Origin: Lytechinus pictus
Taxonomy: Eukaryota
Length of the DNA stretch: 64,000 bases
Assembly: GCF_037042905.1 (NCBI RefSeq)
Contig: NC_087249.1
Span: forward strand, 1,302,001-1,366,000
Reading direction: 5' to 3'
The translations under genes and the position numbers were made by a program. Shown in pieces: positions 1 to 12,885 of the stretch. The notes under the pieces are model-generated. The model saw only the letters and a list, made by a program, of their open reading frames with translations, ran no database searches and had not been told where the DNA came from. Numbering within the stretch: the stretch's first letter is position 1; each line of letters starts with the position of its first letter.

Positions 1-351
1 ATATATCGACATTATTTTATAGTTGAATAGCTGGTTCTTTGCAGTGGTCGCGTGCGAAATGGTTTGATTGATATCGATTCAAGGGGTTGTTCGTGGTTAT
101 GATTACCATTTGGAACAAATACTGTGCGAATACGTGAAGACCTATATTTGTATATCACTCTCTCTTGAGGCTTCTCTTTCGGTATACGGACTTCTTTGAT
201 ATTAGGACCGAATTATAACCGTGATACCGCTTGGCTTCAGCAGCTTCAGTCCAAAGTCGTTACTCGTTGCATATGTACCTTACTTTTATTACCCCTCTCT
301 CCGTCTGCCCCTCTCTCTCTCTATCTATATATCTATCTATCTATCTATCTA

Positions 352-2027
352 CAGTGCGTCTAAAAAAAAACTATACACTTTTGGAATGGCTGCCAAACAA
401 AAAATATGTCACTTTGGGGGAAAATATCTATATATATGGAAAGCCAATAAATTAAACTTTCAAGGGTATGAAAATTAGGGTGGGCAGGAATTAGCCTTCC
501 AATTTCTTTCAGTTTTTAAGAGGCGAGTCCCTTGGAACTTGCAAAGTTGAGGGTGTTGTGATAAATTAATGATCAATTTAAATTGTTAGAGCAAATTTCA
601 TGAATTACTAGATTGAAATTTCATGCATGAGTGAGTGTCAGTTGTAATCTTTAGTGCAGCATTTTAACTTTTTATCATGTGGATCTCAGCAGTGTGTTCA
701 TTGAAGTAAGGAGAATAGGGGTGAGATAGGACTTAAATGGGTGAAGTAAGCTAATGGGTAAAAGGTCAACAGAATGTTTAGACTCCCTTAGATCGAGACT
801 GAATGCTATTACATGTACGCATAAAGTCCAGAGCGGACTGTCAATTTGATAAATTTTGAGAATTCGGTCATCAACTTTTACCATTTGATCAACAATTTGT
901 TAGTAAATCAATGTGATCAATAAAACATTCAGCTTTTTCAATAAATTATCAATCAATTATTCAGCTTTTTCAATGAGTTCATAAATCATCATAATTAGAA
1001 AATTTCTTAGAATTATTCAATGGAAAATTAAAGACCCATCAACCATCAGTCACTTAGCATTTAAGTTTTGAATACCATGATCCAGGAGAAAGAGAGAAAG
1101 AGGGGGTGAATGGGAGGGAATTTGTAAGAGAAAACAAAGAAGAAGAACACCCTTTTAACTGTTTAACCCAGTCTTACCCTTTCTGACCCCCCTTGCATGC
1201 AACAGGTACATGTACCATCACATTACTCTGACTCTCACAAGCACACTTGCTAAGATCCACATAATAAACTTAAAATGCTACACTAAAATTAAAATTCCTG
1301 TTTACTCATGCACTGCATTTCAATTTAGTAACTCATGAAATTAGCCTAAGTTAAACCAAAAACTGATCTCAATTCATCAATAATTTAGCATGACACCTTT
1401 AACTTGGCAAGTTCCAAAGGACTCACCACTAAACAAAACTGGAAGGCTAATTCCTGCTCGCCCTATAGCAAAGGCTAGTCTCTCAGGATGGGAGGAAGGG
1501 GTAGAGAGAGAGAGGGGGGTGGTTTGTTCTGTTGGCCTTTGTCCCATCAACCTACTTCACCCACCTAAGTCATATCTCATCCCTATTGTGACTCCCATTA
1601 ACACATTGCTGAGATCCACGTGAAAAGGTCAAAATGATGCACTAAAAAAATGTAATTCATGTTCACTCATGCATAAATTTAAATTTGATAATTCTTGAAA
1701 TAAGCTCTAAGAACCTAAATTAATAATGATTGATCATTAATTTATCCAAAGAATTTATCACATTACCCTCAACTTTGCAAGTTCCAGGGGACTCGCCTCT
1801 CAGAAACTGAAAGAAATTGGAAGGCTAATTCCTGCCCACCCTAATTTCCATACCCTTTGTTTAAGTGGGTAGTGCTCACTCAAGCATGAATAGTTTTCCA
1901 ACTTTTTGGTGTCATTTGAAAGTTTAATTTATTGGCTTTCCATATATATAGGTATTTTTCCCCAAGGTGACATATTTTTTGTTTGGCAGCCATTTCAAAA
2001 GTGTATAGTTTTTTTTGAGACGCACTG
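352..2027. mobile_element. Non-autonomous Tc1/mariner-type DNA transposon (~1.68 kb) with long terminal inverted repeats; copy 1
   Basis: Ends are TA|CAGTGCGTCTAAAAAA...TTTTTGAGACGCACTG|TA (TA TSD at 350-351 and 2028-2029). The inverted repeats extend several hundred bp and no transposase ORF is present. A second copy lies at 51940-53701. Confidence 0.9.
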
Positions 2028-2705
2028 TATATGTATCCATCTATCTGTCCCATATTCATGCAAGCATACACACACTCTCAGTCATATTCACTCCTAAGTC
2101 CTAAAAGCAAAGGGTTTTTGGAGTATCTACGAAATATGTTGAACATATCGTTCATTATGATTTTTTCTTCATTGTTTAATTACAGCATTCCATCTGATAC
2201 AAATATAATTTAGGGGTAATTCCCCTCTCAGCCAAGCATGATGTTTTTTTCTCGTATTGTGGCATTCCGCTCGTGATAAGCTACTGCACTGCGTACGCTC
2301 TAAATCGTTGGATAGCAATCATGATCATCACTTTACTAAACAGCAAGATGATTTTAAGTAAAGGAATTTCAACAATAATTTCATATTTATGTAACCAAAA
2401 CCAAAATATTCTACATATGAATTAAATGAATAAATTGAATTTATGGGAACCTCATTGGCATCTGGCACTAGTTTGGTCAATATATATATATGTATGTATA
2501 CTTTGTTTGATGAACGTTTGAAGGGGAAAAATAAAGTTTATAAAAAAAACATTAAATTACCGGTACACTGGAATTACACTGAATAACTTGATGTAATAAT
2601 TCCATGATACTTTTTGATTCACTCTATATGTAAATAATGTATTCTGCTTTTACTTTATTATATGTTATATACATTGAATTGCTATTATGTTGAGTTATTT
2701 GTCAA

Positions 2706-2751
2706 ACTAGAGGGCGCCTTTGGAAAGCAGTTTTGCATAACTGAACAGACC
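2706..2751 (+). mobile_element. Probable LINE/SINE (L2-like) 3' tail fragment running into an assembly gap
   Basis: GGGCGCCTTTGGAAAGCAGTTTTGCATAACTGAACAGACC resembles the tail motif of the SINE at 47368-47582 and the tail at 61163-61246. Confidence 0.45.
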
Positions 2752-2882
2752 NNNNNNNNNNNNNNNNNNNNNNNNNNNNNNNNNNNNNNNNNNNNNNNNN
2801 NNNNNNNNNNNNNNNNNNNNNNNNNNNNNNNNNNNNNNNNNNNNNNNNNNNNNNNNNNNNNNNNNNNNNNNNNNNNNNNNNN
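2752..2882. other. Assembly gap (N run)
   Basis: Run of Ns. Confidence 1.
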
Positions 2883-3067
2883 TATATGCCATCATGCAAT
2901 GCACTTTAATAAGCGTATCATTCGAAGTCCTTGTAGTTGCACACTGCATGGATACCGGACAAAATCTTTGAGTCAAGAGTTCAAGACCCTCGCTGTGGTT
3001 ACTTGAAGTATTCACTATTCATTTAATTTCTTTTCTTTTTTCTTTCTTTTGTTGATACCTTCCTCAG

Positions 3068-3203
3068 GTTACCGTCCAAGCCACCTGTGTTACCCTAACT
3101 GCTATGTCTGTTGATCGATACATATTAATCGTTCATGCAGTCAAATCACGTACTACGAGAACTACTAACAAGGCTGTGTTTATCAACGTTTCCATATGGC
3201 TCG
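3068..3203 (+). CDS. Internal coding exon of kisspeptin-type (KISS1R/GPR54-like) GPCR: TM3, DRY, ICL2, start of TM4
   Basis: Polypyrimidine tract plus CAG acceptor (AG 3066-3067) and donor GTGAGT at 3204. The 136 nt encode VTVQATCVTLTAMSVDRYILIVHAVKSRTTRTTNKAVFINVSIWL plus 1 nt, closely matching the VSVQATCATLTAMSVDR...SIW exon of vertebrate KISS1R as I recall it. Missed by the ORF track. Confidence 0.93.
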
Positions 3204-6200
3204 GTGAGTATCTTAGTATAAAGTTTAAAAATATATTACACTTTCAAGTGAAATGTTCTTAGAGGTTCTTTAAAAGAATATAATTACAACATGAGCAACA
3301 GAAATATAGCGTAATTGAAGGCCAGACGAATATCAAACATAAATTGTGATGTACGTTGAGAGGTAGTTATCGTGTGCCAGCATATTTCATATATAATATT
3401 CGACAAATAGCCAACAAAGGGGTGGATATAAACTACTTTATCTCATGCGATGCGAGGTACTTATCATGTGATAGCATGTTTCATATATAATATTCGACAA
3501 ATCTATTCATAACATTTTGAACAAGTACCTTTGTTTTAATTCAACATGATCCATAAAACAGTTTATGAAATTTATAGAATATGACACTTTTAAGAGCATT
3601 CTGCACGTGATATCATTGTTTGATATGAAAAATGATAACCCCGGGATATTTTTTACGGATTTTTGATTCTTTATTTAATTAGATTTATTCTTTGCTCACC
3701 ATCTTTATACAATTTTTATAAGCTTCCGTACACATGATATATGTTAATCAATGTTTTGAATATGTGATTTATGGGGAGCCAAAGGCAACAGCACTGTCTA
3801 CGCATTAATATTGTACATGTATATCCCCTTAAAGAGATACCAATGACTAAAGATATTTATATTTTAAAGAAATATAGTAAAATTTCATCAAAATCAGATA
3901 ACAAATAACGAAGTTATTGAATTTTTAAGATTTGCTTTATTCCGTGTCTTCATGAATATTCAATACGTGTGCTGATGATGTCACATCCCCACTTTCCTTT
4001 TTTTCTCACGTTATTATATGAAATCATAATTGTTTCAATTTTTCAGAAATGTGTAAATGTTGTGTCCCCATTATGAGGAAATAAGTTGCATCAAAAATAA
4101 ATAATGCACTTAATCAGTTGTCTCTTCAATTGCTGTAGTTCTTGGTAGAAAACTAATTTCATATAATAAAATACAAAAGAGCAAGTGGGGATATGATATG
4201 ATATGATCAGCACACCTAAATGAATATTCATAAAGACATGCATATAACTGTTTCACCGGAATAATGCAAATCTTTAGAATTCAATAACCATGATAACTTT
4301 GGTATTTGTTATCCAATTTTGATTAAATGTTCAGCATTTTGCTCTGTGAATTTTACTCTATCTATTGAGATATAAATATCTTCTGCCCGGAGCGTCCCTT
4401 TAATTGAGCTACTGTACTTACTTTTCCAACAAAGGGGGATATAAAAATTACTATAAGTTGTGCGCCAAATATTCTAGATTCCGTCAAAATATTTGCTATA
4501 ATGGCACCATAAAACCCCATATAAGATTTAGACATGGGACATTATGCATAAGGTCGAGGAGGCTTCGCCACAGGTTTAACCAAGAACAAGGCTATGGATG
4601 GGATGATAGAGTGAAGATAAGCTGTAGAGAAGTAAACATTAAATAAATTAAGAGGGAAATGAAAGGTGAAAAAGAAAATGTAATATCCACCAACACATCC
4701 CACACGGCATCACTCCGACGCACATAAGCATACTACATGTCATTCAAAACAGTGCATAATGTTAAGAAACCATATTGGTGTAACACTAATGTGTATGTTT
4801 TTGTAACATGAATGTTGCTTATTTCTTAATTAGACTTAAATATGTGGAGAAGATTCATAAAACTTTGAGGATAGCTTCATGTATATATATATGAATAGAC
4901 GAAAGTAGGGGAAGGAACTCAAAATTGAAGCATTTGTCTTTCAAAATTCTTTTGATTTTGTAATTTTCCTTCATTCTATCGAGTGGTACGATACCACAAG
5001 GGAAGTGTTGGGTAAGGGTACAGATCCTCGAGCAAGCACACACTGCGTCATCAAAAATAACATCTAGTCTTCAGGAACAGGTGATTAGTTTTCTTATTCA
5101 ACTCGTTCAGCCTTTCTATCTACCCTTCCTTAAATCGCAAGGATATCATCGTAATCAGGAGCGCGATGATAACTGCAATAGACTATAATTTCTTGGTTTC
5201 ATGATTTAAGATGTGACATCCCGTCATGTAAGAAGAATAATTGGCAGGATGCCATTATGTTAAAAGACTAGATGGTTCCGGTATTCCATCGAGATTTTAA
5301 TTGCAAATGATGCAAACCCTCGATATAAAGCCTCACTCACTGTTCAAGTACCTATATCACGAGTCAAAACACGGTGAAATATGGAGACGAGAACCCTGAA
5401 GCCTCAAATCATTACCTTACAACTCGATAGACGTTTCAGACGCCATGAATGATTTATGCAATTACACTCTAACTTAAGTTCTAAGCAATAGCACCGAAAT
5501 TATTTTGCATAATGGCCAAGATTACGCTGCTATCAGCAATTTATAGCTTTGAAAACGTTATTTCTTTTATATAAAAAAATGCATCAAAATTTGCTTTCTC
5601 AAAGTCAAATACGGGATCCTTACGCACAAGAAACCTTGCACTCCCAAACAAACACACAAACTTTCAAATTGAATATGCCGTAATGTTCAGATAATTACAC
5701 GAAATTTTATCAAGGGAATATTATTATTATATATCAAGCGAATAAAAAAAAAGACATTGAAAATTGTCAATAACATAATGAAAGAACGCATTCTTCCAAA
5801 CCGTTCGGTATGATTCTGGTGTATTTTTCACTAAAATGATATGTATTATTGAAGAATAACATTATTTAATTTCTTTATATAATTTCAAAGTTGCTCTTGT
5901 GAAATGAGTCGATTTATCATTCTATTCCTATTTTTAAGATTGCGTTCGTTAAACTTTCTCTACAACTAGATGTAAATCTACAAGATATTGCTAGACTTCT
6001 ATTCACCCTTCCTGATGTCAGCGATTAGAGCAACCACCTGGAAGCATAATACTCATGAGACAGCATTTAACAAAACATTCGATTAATAATGGAAGAATAA
6101 CATCGTCTGTCGTATGGATTAAAGATAATGTCCCATGAGCGCGTGTACGCGTGGTAGGTGAGAAAAACAAAAGGAACCCACATTTTTCACCCAGCTGATG

Positions 6201-7715
6201 TTGCTAAATGCCTTAACTCAATGCGTTAGGCCTAAATCGCTGATTACTCAATGATTGCGTAAAAACAATATGTTAATAAACGGGGTTTTATATTTTTACA
6301 TCAATTGAACACGTAATGTGCTTCCCCTTATCTTTTTTATGTGTGGATGCATGGAAGAAAAACTCCTCGTCGAAAACAGTATTATGTACTCAAGAAAGTG
6401 TCTTTGAAACAAGGTATACAGGTATTATAAATGCCCTATAACTAATTTATAAATCTTTCTCTACTCTGGAACAGGGAAATACGATACAAGCAGGGTCGTT
6501 TTGTAATATCTTAAAATGATGTAAGGAATCCATTCTTAAACCATGTAAATAATGGCGATGTACAGTTGAAGGACCTCTTTATGTTTAACTGTTTGGGATT
6601 GGATAACGGTCAATGTTGTAAAAAAGAAGGTTTGTCTTTAATTTTGACTTGAACTAGACGTCTATGATTCCTAGTACACCATGTAATGAAATACCATGGA
6701 GGATTCCATTAAATACCACTCAAATGTAATTTGACCATGATGATTTACAGATATATCCTAGGTAACATATACATGAACAAAGGGTACAGATTTACTGCCA
6801 TGGAATGGCTTGGCATCTAACATATTATCTCACAAACGACTGCTTCACAGAATGATAATGATAATATCGTCCAATGCTATACATTTTATAACAGTGAATG
6901 TTGAAATAATGGTGAGTGTATATCCATTTAAGCCGATAACCTTTTTTGGAAGTTTTCTTACTTCATTGTGATTACAACCATTATCCACCAGGGGGTAATT
7001 TTTCAAATGATTATATCAGATGGTTGTTTGTCTCAAATCCATGATTTCTCATTTTTGTAATATATCGTCCGATTTCATACATTTCCCTGATGGCATATTT
7101 TTCTTACCCCTGAGATTGAGGGAAATTCGATTATCCCTGTATATCCTGGGGGTGAGATATACATGTATAAATTACTCGCTCTTTTCCGAATGAACTTCAT
7201 TCAACTCTTATTGTGGTTATTGTGTAATATTTTAAACTTTTCCATTCCTCGTTACCCTATTGTAATCATATACAACATACACACACACACACACACACCC
7301 TCACACATAAAGTTTATATATTTATATAATTTCGCGTGTTTTATTCATTCTTAAAACAAACGTAAACAAGGTAAATCTATTATTACACCAGTGGATACCA
7401 GATCTTACGGATAGCATTAATGCAATAAGAAAAAGTAAACCATGGCTAAGTCTGTCCGATTATTCATCACTGAAATAAGTGGTACATGTAGTAGCAATAG
7501 ACAAATATATATACATTACAATGTAGCTAAGAGACTACATTATGTTTCTTTTGCCATGTTAATTTTGTTGTGTATAGACTTATAGGGTTTGAATGAAACA
7601 ACAAGCTTTCGAAGTAGTGCAGTCTCAGTATGGAGCTGTTAAACGTTTTCTTTCTTTCTTTCTTTGTTCAAAAGTAGAAAAAAACGTGTTTTTATAATTT
7701 CCTTTGTTCTTTCAG
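3204..7715 (+). other. Phase-1 GT-AG intron of the GPCR gene
   Basis: GTGAGT donor at 3204 and TTTGTTCTTTCAG acceptor ending at 7715. G(3203)+TT(7716-7717) gives an in-frame Val codon. Confidence 0.88.
3833..4399. mobile_element. Kolobok-like MITE, family A, copy 1 (in GPCR intron)
   Basis: TTAA flanks (3829-3832, 4400-4403), AG...CCCT ends and long imperfect TIRs. Homologous to 28220-28766 and 46460-47716 in opposite orientation. Confidence 0.75.
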
Positions 7716-8329
7716 TTTCGTTCCTCGTCCACCTTCCTGTTGCGATATACCAAACGTACAAAGTCGAGGCCAACGTGTGCATCATGCCCATGGGTCCTGA
7801 CAACGCCAACGAGAAGTACTACTATCTCTTTTCCTTCATCTCCATGTACCTGCTACCGCTCATCATAATCCTGGTCTGCTACGCTAACATCCTTCTCATG
7901 GTATGGAGGAAGTCCAGTGCTGGAACGGAGAGTGCAGCGGCTCACGAGAGATCCATACGACAGAAGCGCAAGATTACCCGTATGGTGTTCATTGTAGTAC
8001 TGCTCTTTGCAGTCTGCTGGTTGCCCATACAATGTATTTTGCTTTGGAACAACTTTCACTCCAAACTCGCCCAGTCCATGAATCCCATAACCTTGGGCAG
8101 TCTGCACTTCTTCTCACTCTGTCTCAGCTACGCAAATTCATGCGTAAATCCATTTATATATGCTTTTACCACGGCAAGTTTCAAGAAACACTTCAAGCGG
8201 GTATTTGCATTCTGTGTGGAGCCAGAGGAGAGTACAGACGAGAAGCCGACCGGAAACTCCGGCTATAGAAAAGCAGGCAAGTACCTTAATGAGTACTCAT
8301 CTGTCAACACCTGTGATACTAAATTGTGA
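7716..8329 (+). CDS. Terminal coding exon of kisspeptin-type GPCR: end of TM4, ECL2, TM5-TM7, helix 8, C-tail, stop
   Basis: Frame of ORF 7664-8329 downstream of the acceptor at 7715. It has the ECL2 Cys, TM5 YLLPLIIILVCY, TM6 VVLLFAVCWLPIQ (CWxP), TM7 CLSYANSCVNPFIYAF (NPxxY), helix 8 FKKHFKRVF and TGA at 8327-8329. The PIQ and SY.NS..NP..YAF motifs fit KISS1R. Confidence 0.95.
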
Positions 8330-10118
8330 GCTATAAAAAAAATCTCTGGAATATCCTATTTCTGGAGAGAGAAAAAATGACAGAACATAAGTAGTTGGAT
8401 CTCGAATGGACAAAACCAGTAGATGCGTTTATCAGTATCAGACCTGGCCGACGTGTAGGCATAGACCAAACATTGTGATGGAGATAGGGTAAGAACGAAG
8501 AACAGAAAGGGTATTCTGCTTTTTGACAAGGTCACTGAATGTTAGAATCTCAATGCTCGTACTGAGCCATGAATTGAGCTGGAAGAGTATGGCCGAACAC
8601 CAGAGGTCGAGGAGAATGACTGATGATGAAAATATAGGATTGGAAGAATATAAGACGATGAATCTATAGAGGAAAAGCCAAATAGTAAGACTGCGTGAAG
8701 AAACTAAGACTACAATAGAGCTAAACGACGTCTCAATGCTCTTATCTATTTCAGATCAAACTTCAATCAAACGAACGATGCTGGCAAGTCAAGCGAGGAC
8801 AGTAGGCAATTGACATGGTAAATTCTAGTACATAGTACAACCTGAAGTAAGGGTTATTAGGACTATACCTTGAGATGACTTACAGTATGATTCCAAGAGT
8901 TTGGCTACGCGTCTCACGCTCCACTACCAGGGTCCAGATTCCGTTCTAACAGCTAAACTGTTAGCATGGTTAAACAAGACATTTAAGAAAATGTTGATGA
9001 AAGATATGACGTATAAAAGCATTGTGTCATGATCATTCCGATTACATTTCCTGCTAACTAACTGTTGGGCGATTTACTTACCTAATCTTTTTAAGAGGGA
9101 ACGTGTACGTTATTTGTGTACTGGTGATTCAAGGGATGGGCATATTCGTCGGAACTATACAGATGAAGATATCCCCCGATAATACGCGCCATTATTGCGG
9201 TCATAGTATTAGGAAACTGGGAATAAAACATTGTGAGAAGTTTGTAATTTTTCCCTATGGAATAGATTTTCTGCTTTGCGTCACGTTGTCTGTACTCTAT
9301 TTACTTCCCTATGGCGGAGACAGTTGTCTCAAACAACAGACTGGACAACAAAGGCGGAATCAGACAGAGAAACAGCTCATCTGTCCATCTTACTTGAAGC
9401 AAGAACTTATCTTAGCTCATCAGTAGGATCGTTACCGGATTGGCTAATGGATTGACAAACTAGCAAGATTGCTGGTAGTGATAACCTACAAAGCCTGGAT
9501 CGCCGATTGTCCGCTCGTTCCATGATACGTTCCTAATTTTATAGTGGCATCGCAGCACTACTAGTGGAATCCGATGACGCTTCCGCAACCGCCCGAACGA
9601 ACGTTTCATCTTCAAATTACCCATATCCCCCAACGGGTGCTTGGCTGTTCGGATGAAATGTCACCGTTTAAGTGATCTTGAAAAATGATGCGGGCATTCT
9701 ATGTCTATTCCGATGTTTATCGCACTTTAGTTTGGGTTTCTCTTACTTTTTATGTTGCTAGCATTGAATGACAATTTCTCTGTAGGTGCCAGTAAAATGA
9801 TGCTGAAATCAAAAAAAAAAGAATGGCAGAGAAGTCCATTCCTGCCCTTTTTTTTACCAATGTTCCAAGTATATATATTAAACTGATTAGAATACCATGA
9901 TAACCCCGTATACAAACGTACTCAAACTTTAGTCATTCTTTATAACTTTGTATACAGTTTATGGTTTCAAGTTTTCAAGAGTTATATTCTTATAAATAAC
10001 TTTCATAACTTAAACATAGATAACTATTTTGAGGTTTATAGAAGTCATCATAAGATCAGACGGGCAATCTCAAAGGGAATTAAATTCCCTTTGGATTTTT
10101 GTTATATTACAATGCAAC

Positions 10119-10200
10119 AATAAAAGTAGCTTCTTGCTTTCAAATATCAAACAGATATTAGGTGATGAACATTTGTATTGCTGTTTAGGGAATAAATAAA
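10119..10200 (+). promoter_or_regulatory. Candidate polyadenylation signals of the GPCR 3' UTR
   Basis: AATAAA at 10119-10124 and AATAAATAAA at 10191-10200, followed by T/GT-rich sequence. Usage is unverified. Confidence 0.3.
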
Positions 10201-10332
10201 ACCAATAATTTGTTGGCATTTATCATTTGAAGTACTGTTATCATCACTTTTATCATACAATTATTATCATATTTATTATTCTTATTCTCTGTTCATTATC
10301 ATGATTGCAGTTATTTACTATAAGAAATACTA

Positions 10333-10515
10333 NNNNNNNNNNNNNNNNNNNNNNNNNNNNNNNNNNNNNNNNNNNNNNNNNNNNNNNNNNNNNNNNNNNN
10401 NNNNNNNNNNNNNNNNNNNNNNNNNNNNNNNNNNNNNNNNNNNNNNNNNNNNNNNNNNNNNNNNNNNNNNNNNNNNNNNNNNNNNNNNNNNNNNNNNNNN
10501 NNNNNNNNNNNNNNN
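10333..10515. other. Assembly gap (N run), flanked by simple repeats
   Basis: Run of Ns. Confidence 1.
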
Positions 10516-11677
10516 TTGTTATAGATGTAGTAGTAACAAGCGACAGTTACCGCGGTAGTTGAAGTAGTAGTGTAGGGGATTAGAAATATCACCATCATAA
10601 TTTTAGATTTTCCCTTTGTAGATCATTCAACATTAAGTGGGTTCCCAACATATCTTTACTTAATGGTTTAATAAAACTTTCTCGCGTATATCTTAGGCTT
10701 CCGGTAAAAAAACGATTAAAACTTTTAGCATAAATAAACATTTAAAATTCCTTTAGCACCTGTTTAAACAAAGCGTTTCTGTTTTTAATGGGCAAAATCG
10801 TGAAAATAACATTATATAACAGCAATGTTTACGGTTGACCACACCGTTCAACTTGCTATTTTACATTCGATCCACCGTAAATTTGCGGTTCGCATATAGC
10901 CCTTGTGGGGTTTAGGGTCCTTAAATGAATATTTCACCGTAAACTTTGGCCAACTGTATCCCTGCCTTGTTTATCACCACTTTATATAATATCAAATCGG
11001 GGGATTCACAGAAGGAAAATTGAATATTGGATTTCAATTTTCCCTGATGTTTCGCCTTATCAAGCTACCTTGCCTACTGATGTATACATCCTACGTTCTG
11101 TATTGTCATGAATGATTTTAGACAGATCATATAATTCATCCTTTTGAAATTACCAGGTGACATGGCTTTTTGCAAGTCTGGTATGTTAGGATTCATATTT
11201 AAGATGTATGTTCAATAGACTTTATTTTCTGTTCAATTATTCACAATATTCAAAGATGTGCAGTTATTCACACACACCAGTAATAGTGTATTTTCTGATC
11301 GATATTTTTATGGCTTTACGCGATGTCATTTCATTTTCCAATGGCTCATGATAAATCCATTATTTTAACCTAACGTATCCAGCCCCTCAATACGTGATGT
11401 ATTTGTTTCAATTACTATAAGCCGTTGATGTATGATATATAGATATGTAAATAAGAAATATTGTATATAGGCCTACATTGTAAATAATGTCTGTCTAATG
11501 TGAATAGATGATAAGTACATTTTATTTGTGTTTCGACGTATCTTCTCGTTGTTGCTGCACTGGATATTTTGAAAAGGCTAAGCAGTAAAAAGAATACCCT
11601 CATCTTGTTAAAAGGTTTCCATTTTTTCTTATTCTTATCGTTTGTTATGATGGATACCGGCGCATTACAAATATTCA

Positions 11678-11703
11678 TATTATTATTATTATTATTATTA
11701 CTG

Positions 11704-11749
<46 letters not shown>

Positions 11750-11783
11750 CAGCAGTAGTATTAGTAGTATCATTATTATTATT
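11678..11783. repeat. Compound microsatellite (TAT)n-(TAG)n-(TAT)n
   Basis: Directly visible. It is preceded by GCGCATTACAAAT, typical of an L2-type retroposon tail, and explains the poly-L/V/T/N pseudo-ORFs. Confidence 0.95.
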
Positions 11784-12885
11784 AATCAAACTTAACATGA
11801 TTTTCTTCCAAAATAAAAGAATGGGAACAATCACTCATATCAACATCATTATCCCATTTAAGGCAATTTGTTCGAATCATTTTCCATGAAATCACAGTTA
11901 TTTCATCCAGGAAATTAAAAAACATACAGACATGAAAGTGTCAGCGCTCACATTTATATTCTGGACCGAGTGTGCTTATAAACCTTTAAAAAAAAAGAAT
12001 ATAATTATGTTTTTATTTTGTATCCGACTTTGATGAGATTTCTTTGCTGTTGACGTCAATGGGTGTGTTGTGATTAACTGATGTTTTGGGGAAGGCCTGT
12101 TTTTCTTTTTTTAAATATAAGATCGACTTTAACTCGAAGTGGATTTTTTTTTTGTTTAACAAGATTTTCAATTTAGGTGAAAATCGCATCAACTACCCTA
12201 ATTCATAAAATTTCAATTTCTATTCAATATTCAGCTATAATGATAAAGAAGAGATAAATTGCTGCAGCCTAGCTTAATATGCGTATGTTACGTTTTATGG
12301 ATGTACATTGTGTTGTAGTGTAAAAAAAATGTAAAAATGTGTGAAAATTGAACGTGTGATTAAAAGCAGACATGACCAACACAATTTTGGAATGTGTGTT
12401 ATTTCTTTTATATATCGCATGTTACATTATTTTAAGAGGGAACGCATGTACGGTAGGTAAGTGGTACGCTATCTCGTGCCCTATTCCTTTTTTGGTCGTA
12501 TTATTTTTATTCATTTGATATTTCCATCAAATTTTTTTTCAAATTATTTGCTCGTGCTAATTTGACGTTTGTTAGTTTAATAATCAACCATCATCCTTTT
12601 CGTTTAAGTTGCAAATAATGATGATTATTTCCATCTTGATCATTTAGAGCGGACCAATGCATTCCAAATTGTTGGGATATAGTCACTCGTGCATCGTCCA
12701 TAACCGAACAAGAAAAATAATAAGACAAAAATAAAGAAAAGAAGGTGAAATATGATGAATTTCATATAATGAATATCGTCTCAAAATATCATAAATTTAG
12801 GGGGTTTTGTAATAGAAAAGTCAAACGTCGTTAGGACCCTAACCCTACAATACGTCATACCTGGCCCTCAAAGTTGTTGGCTTAA

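Noticed and set aside
221-478. Similar short ORFs at 221-478, 1880-2071 and 51714-52088 (KKLYTFEMA..QKICH)
   Set aside because: They are translations of the non-coding transposon TIR, not a gene family.
2752-2882. Possibility that the gap hides the preceding GPCR exon
   Set aside because: The gap directly follows a retroposon-tail motif and is followed by TATATG, so it is more likely a microsatellite. No splice signals flank it. Cannot be fully excluded.
7664-7715. N-terminal part of ORF 7664-8329 (MFKSRKKRVF...)
   Set aside because: It begins at TTG within the intron's pyrimidine tract. The real exon starts after the AG at 7714-7715.
7853-8268. Overlapping ORFs 7853-8107 (-) and 7903-8268 (+)
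   Set aside because: Shadow frames of the GPCR exon with no recognisable motifs.
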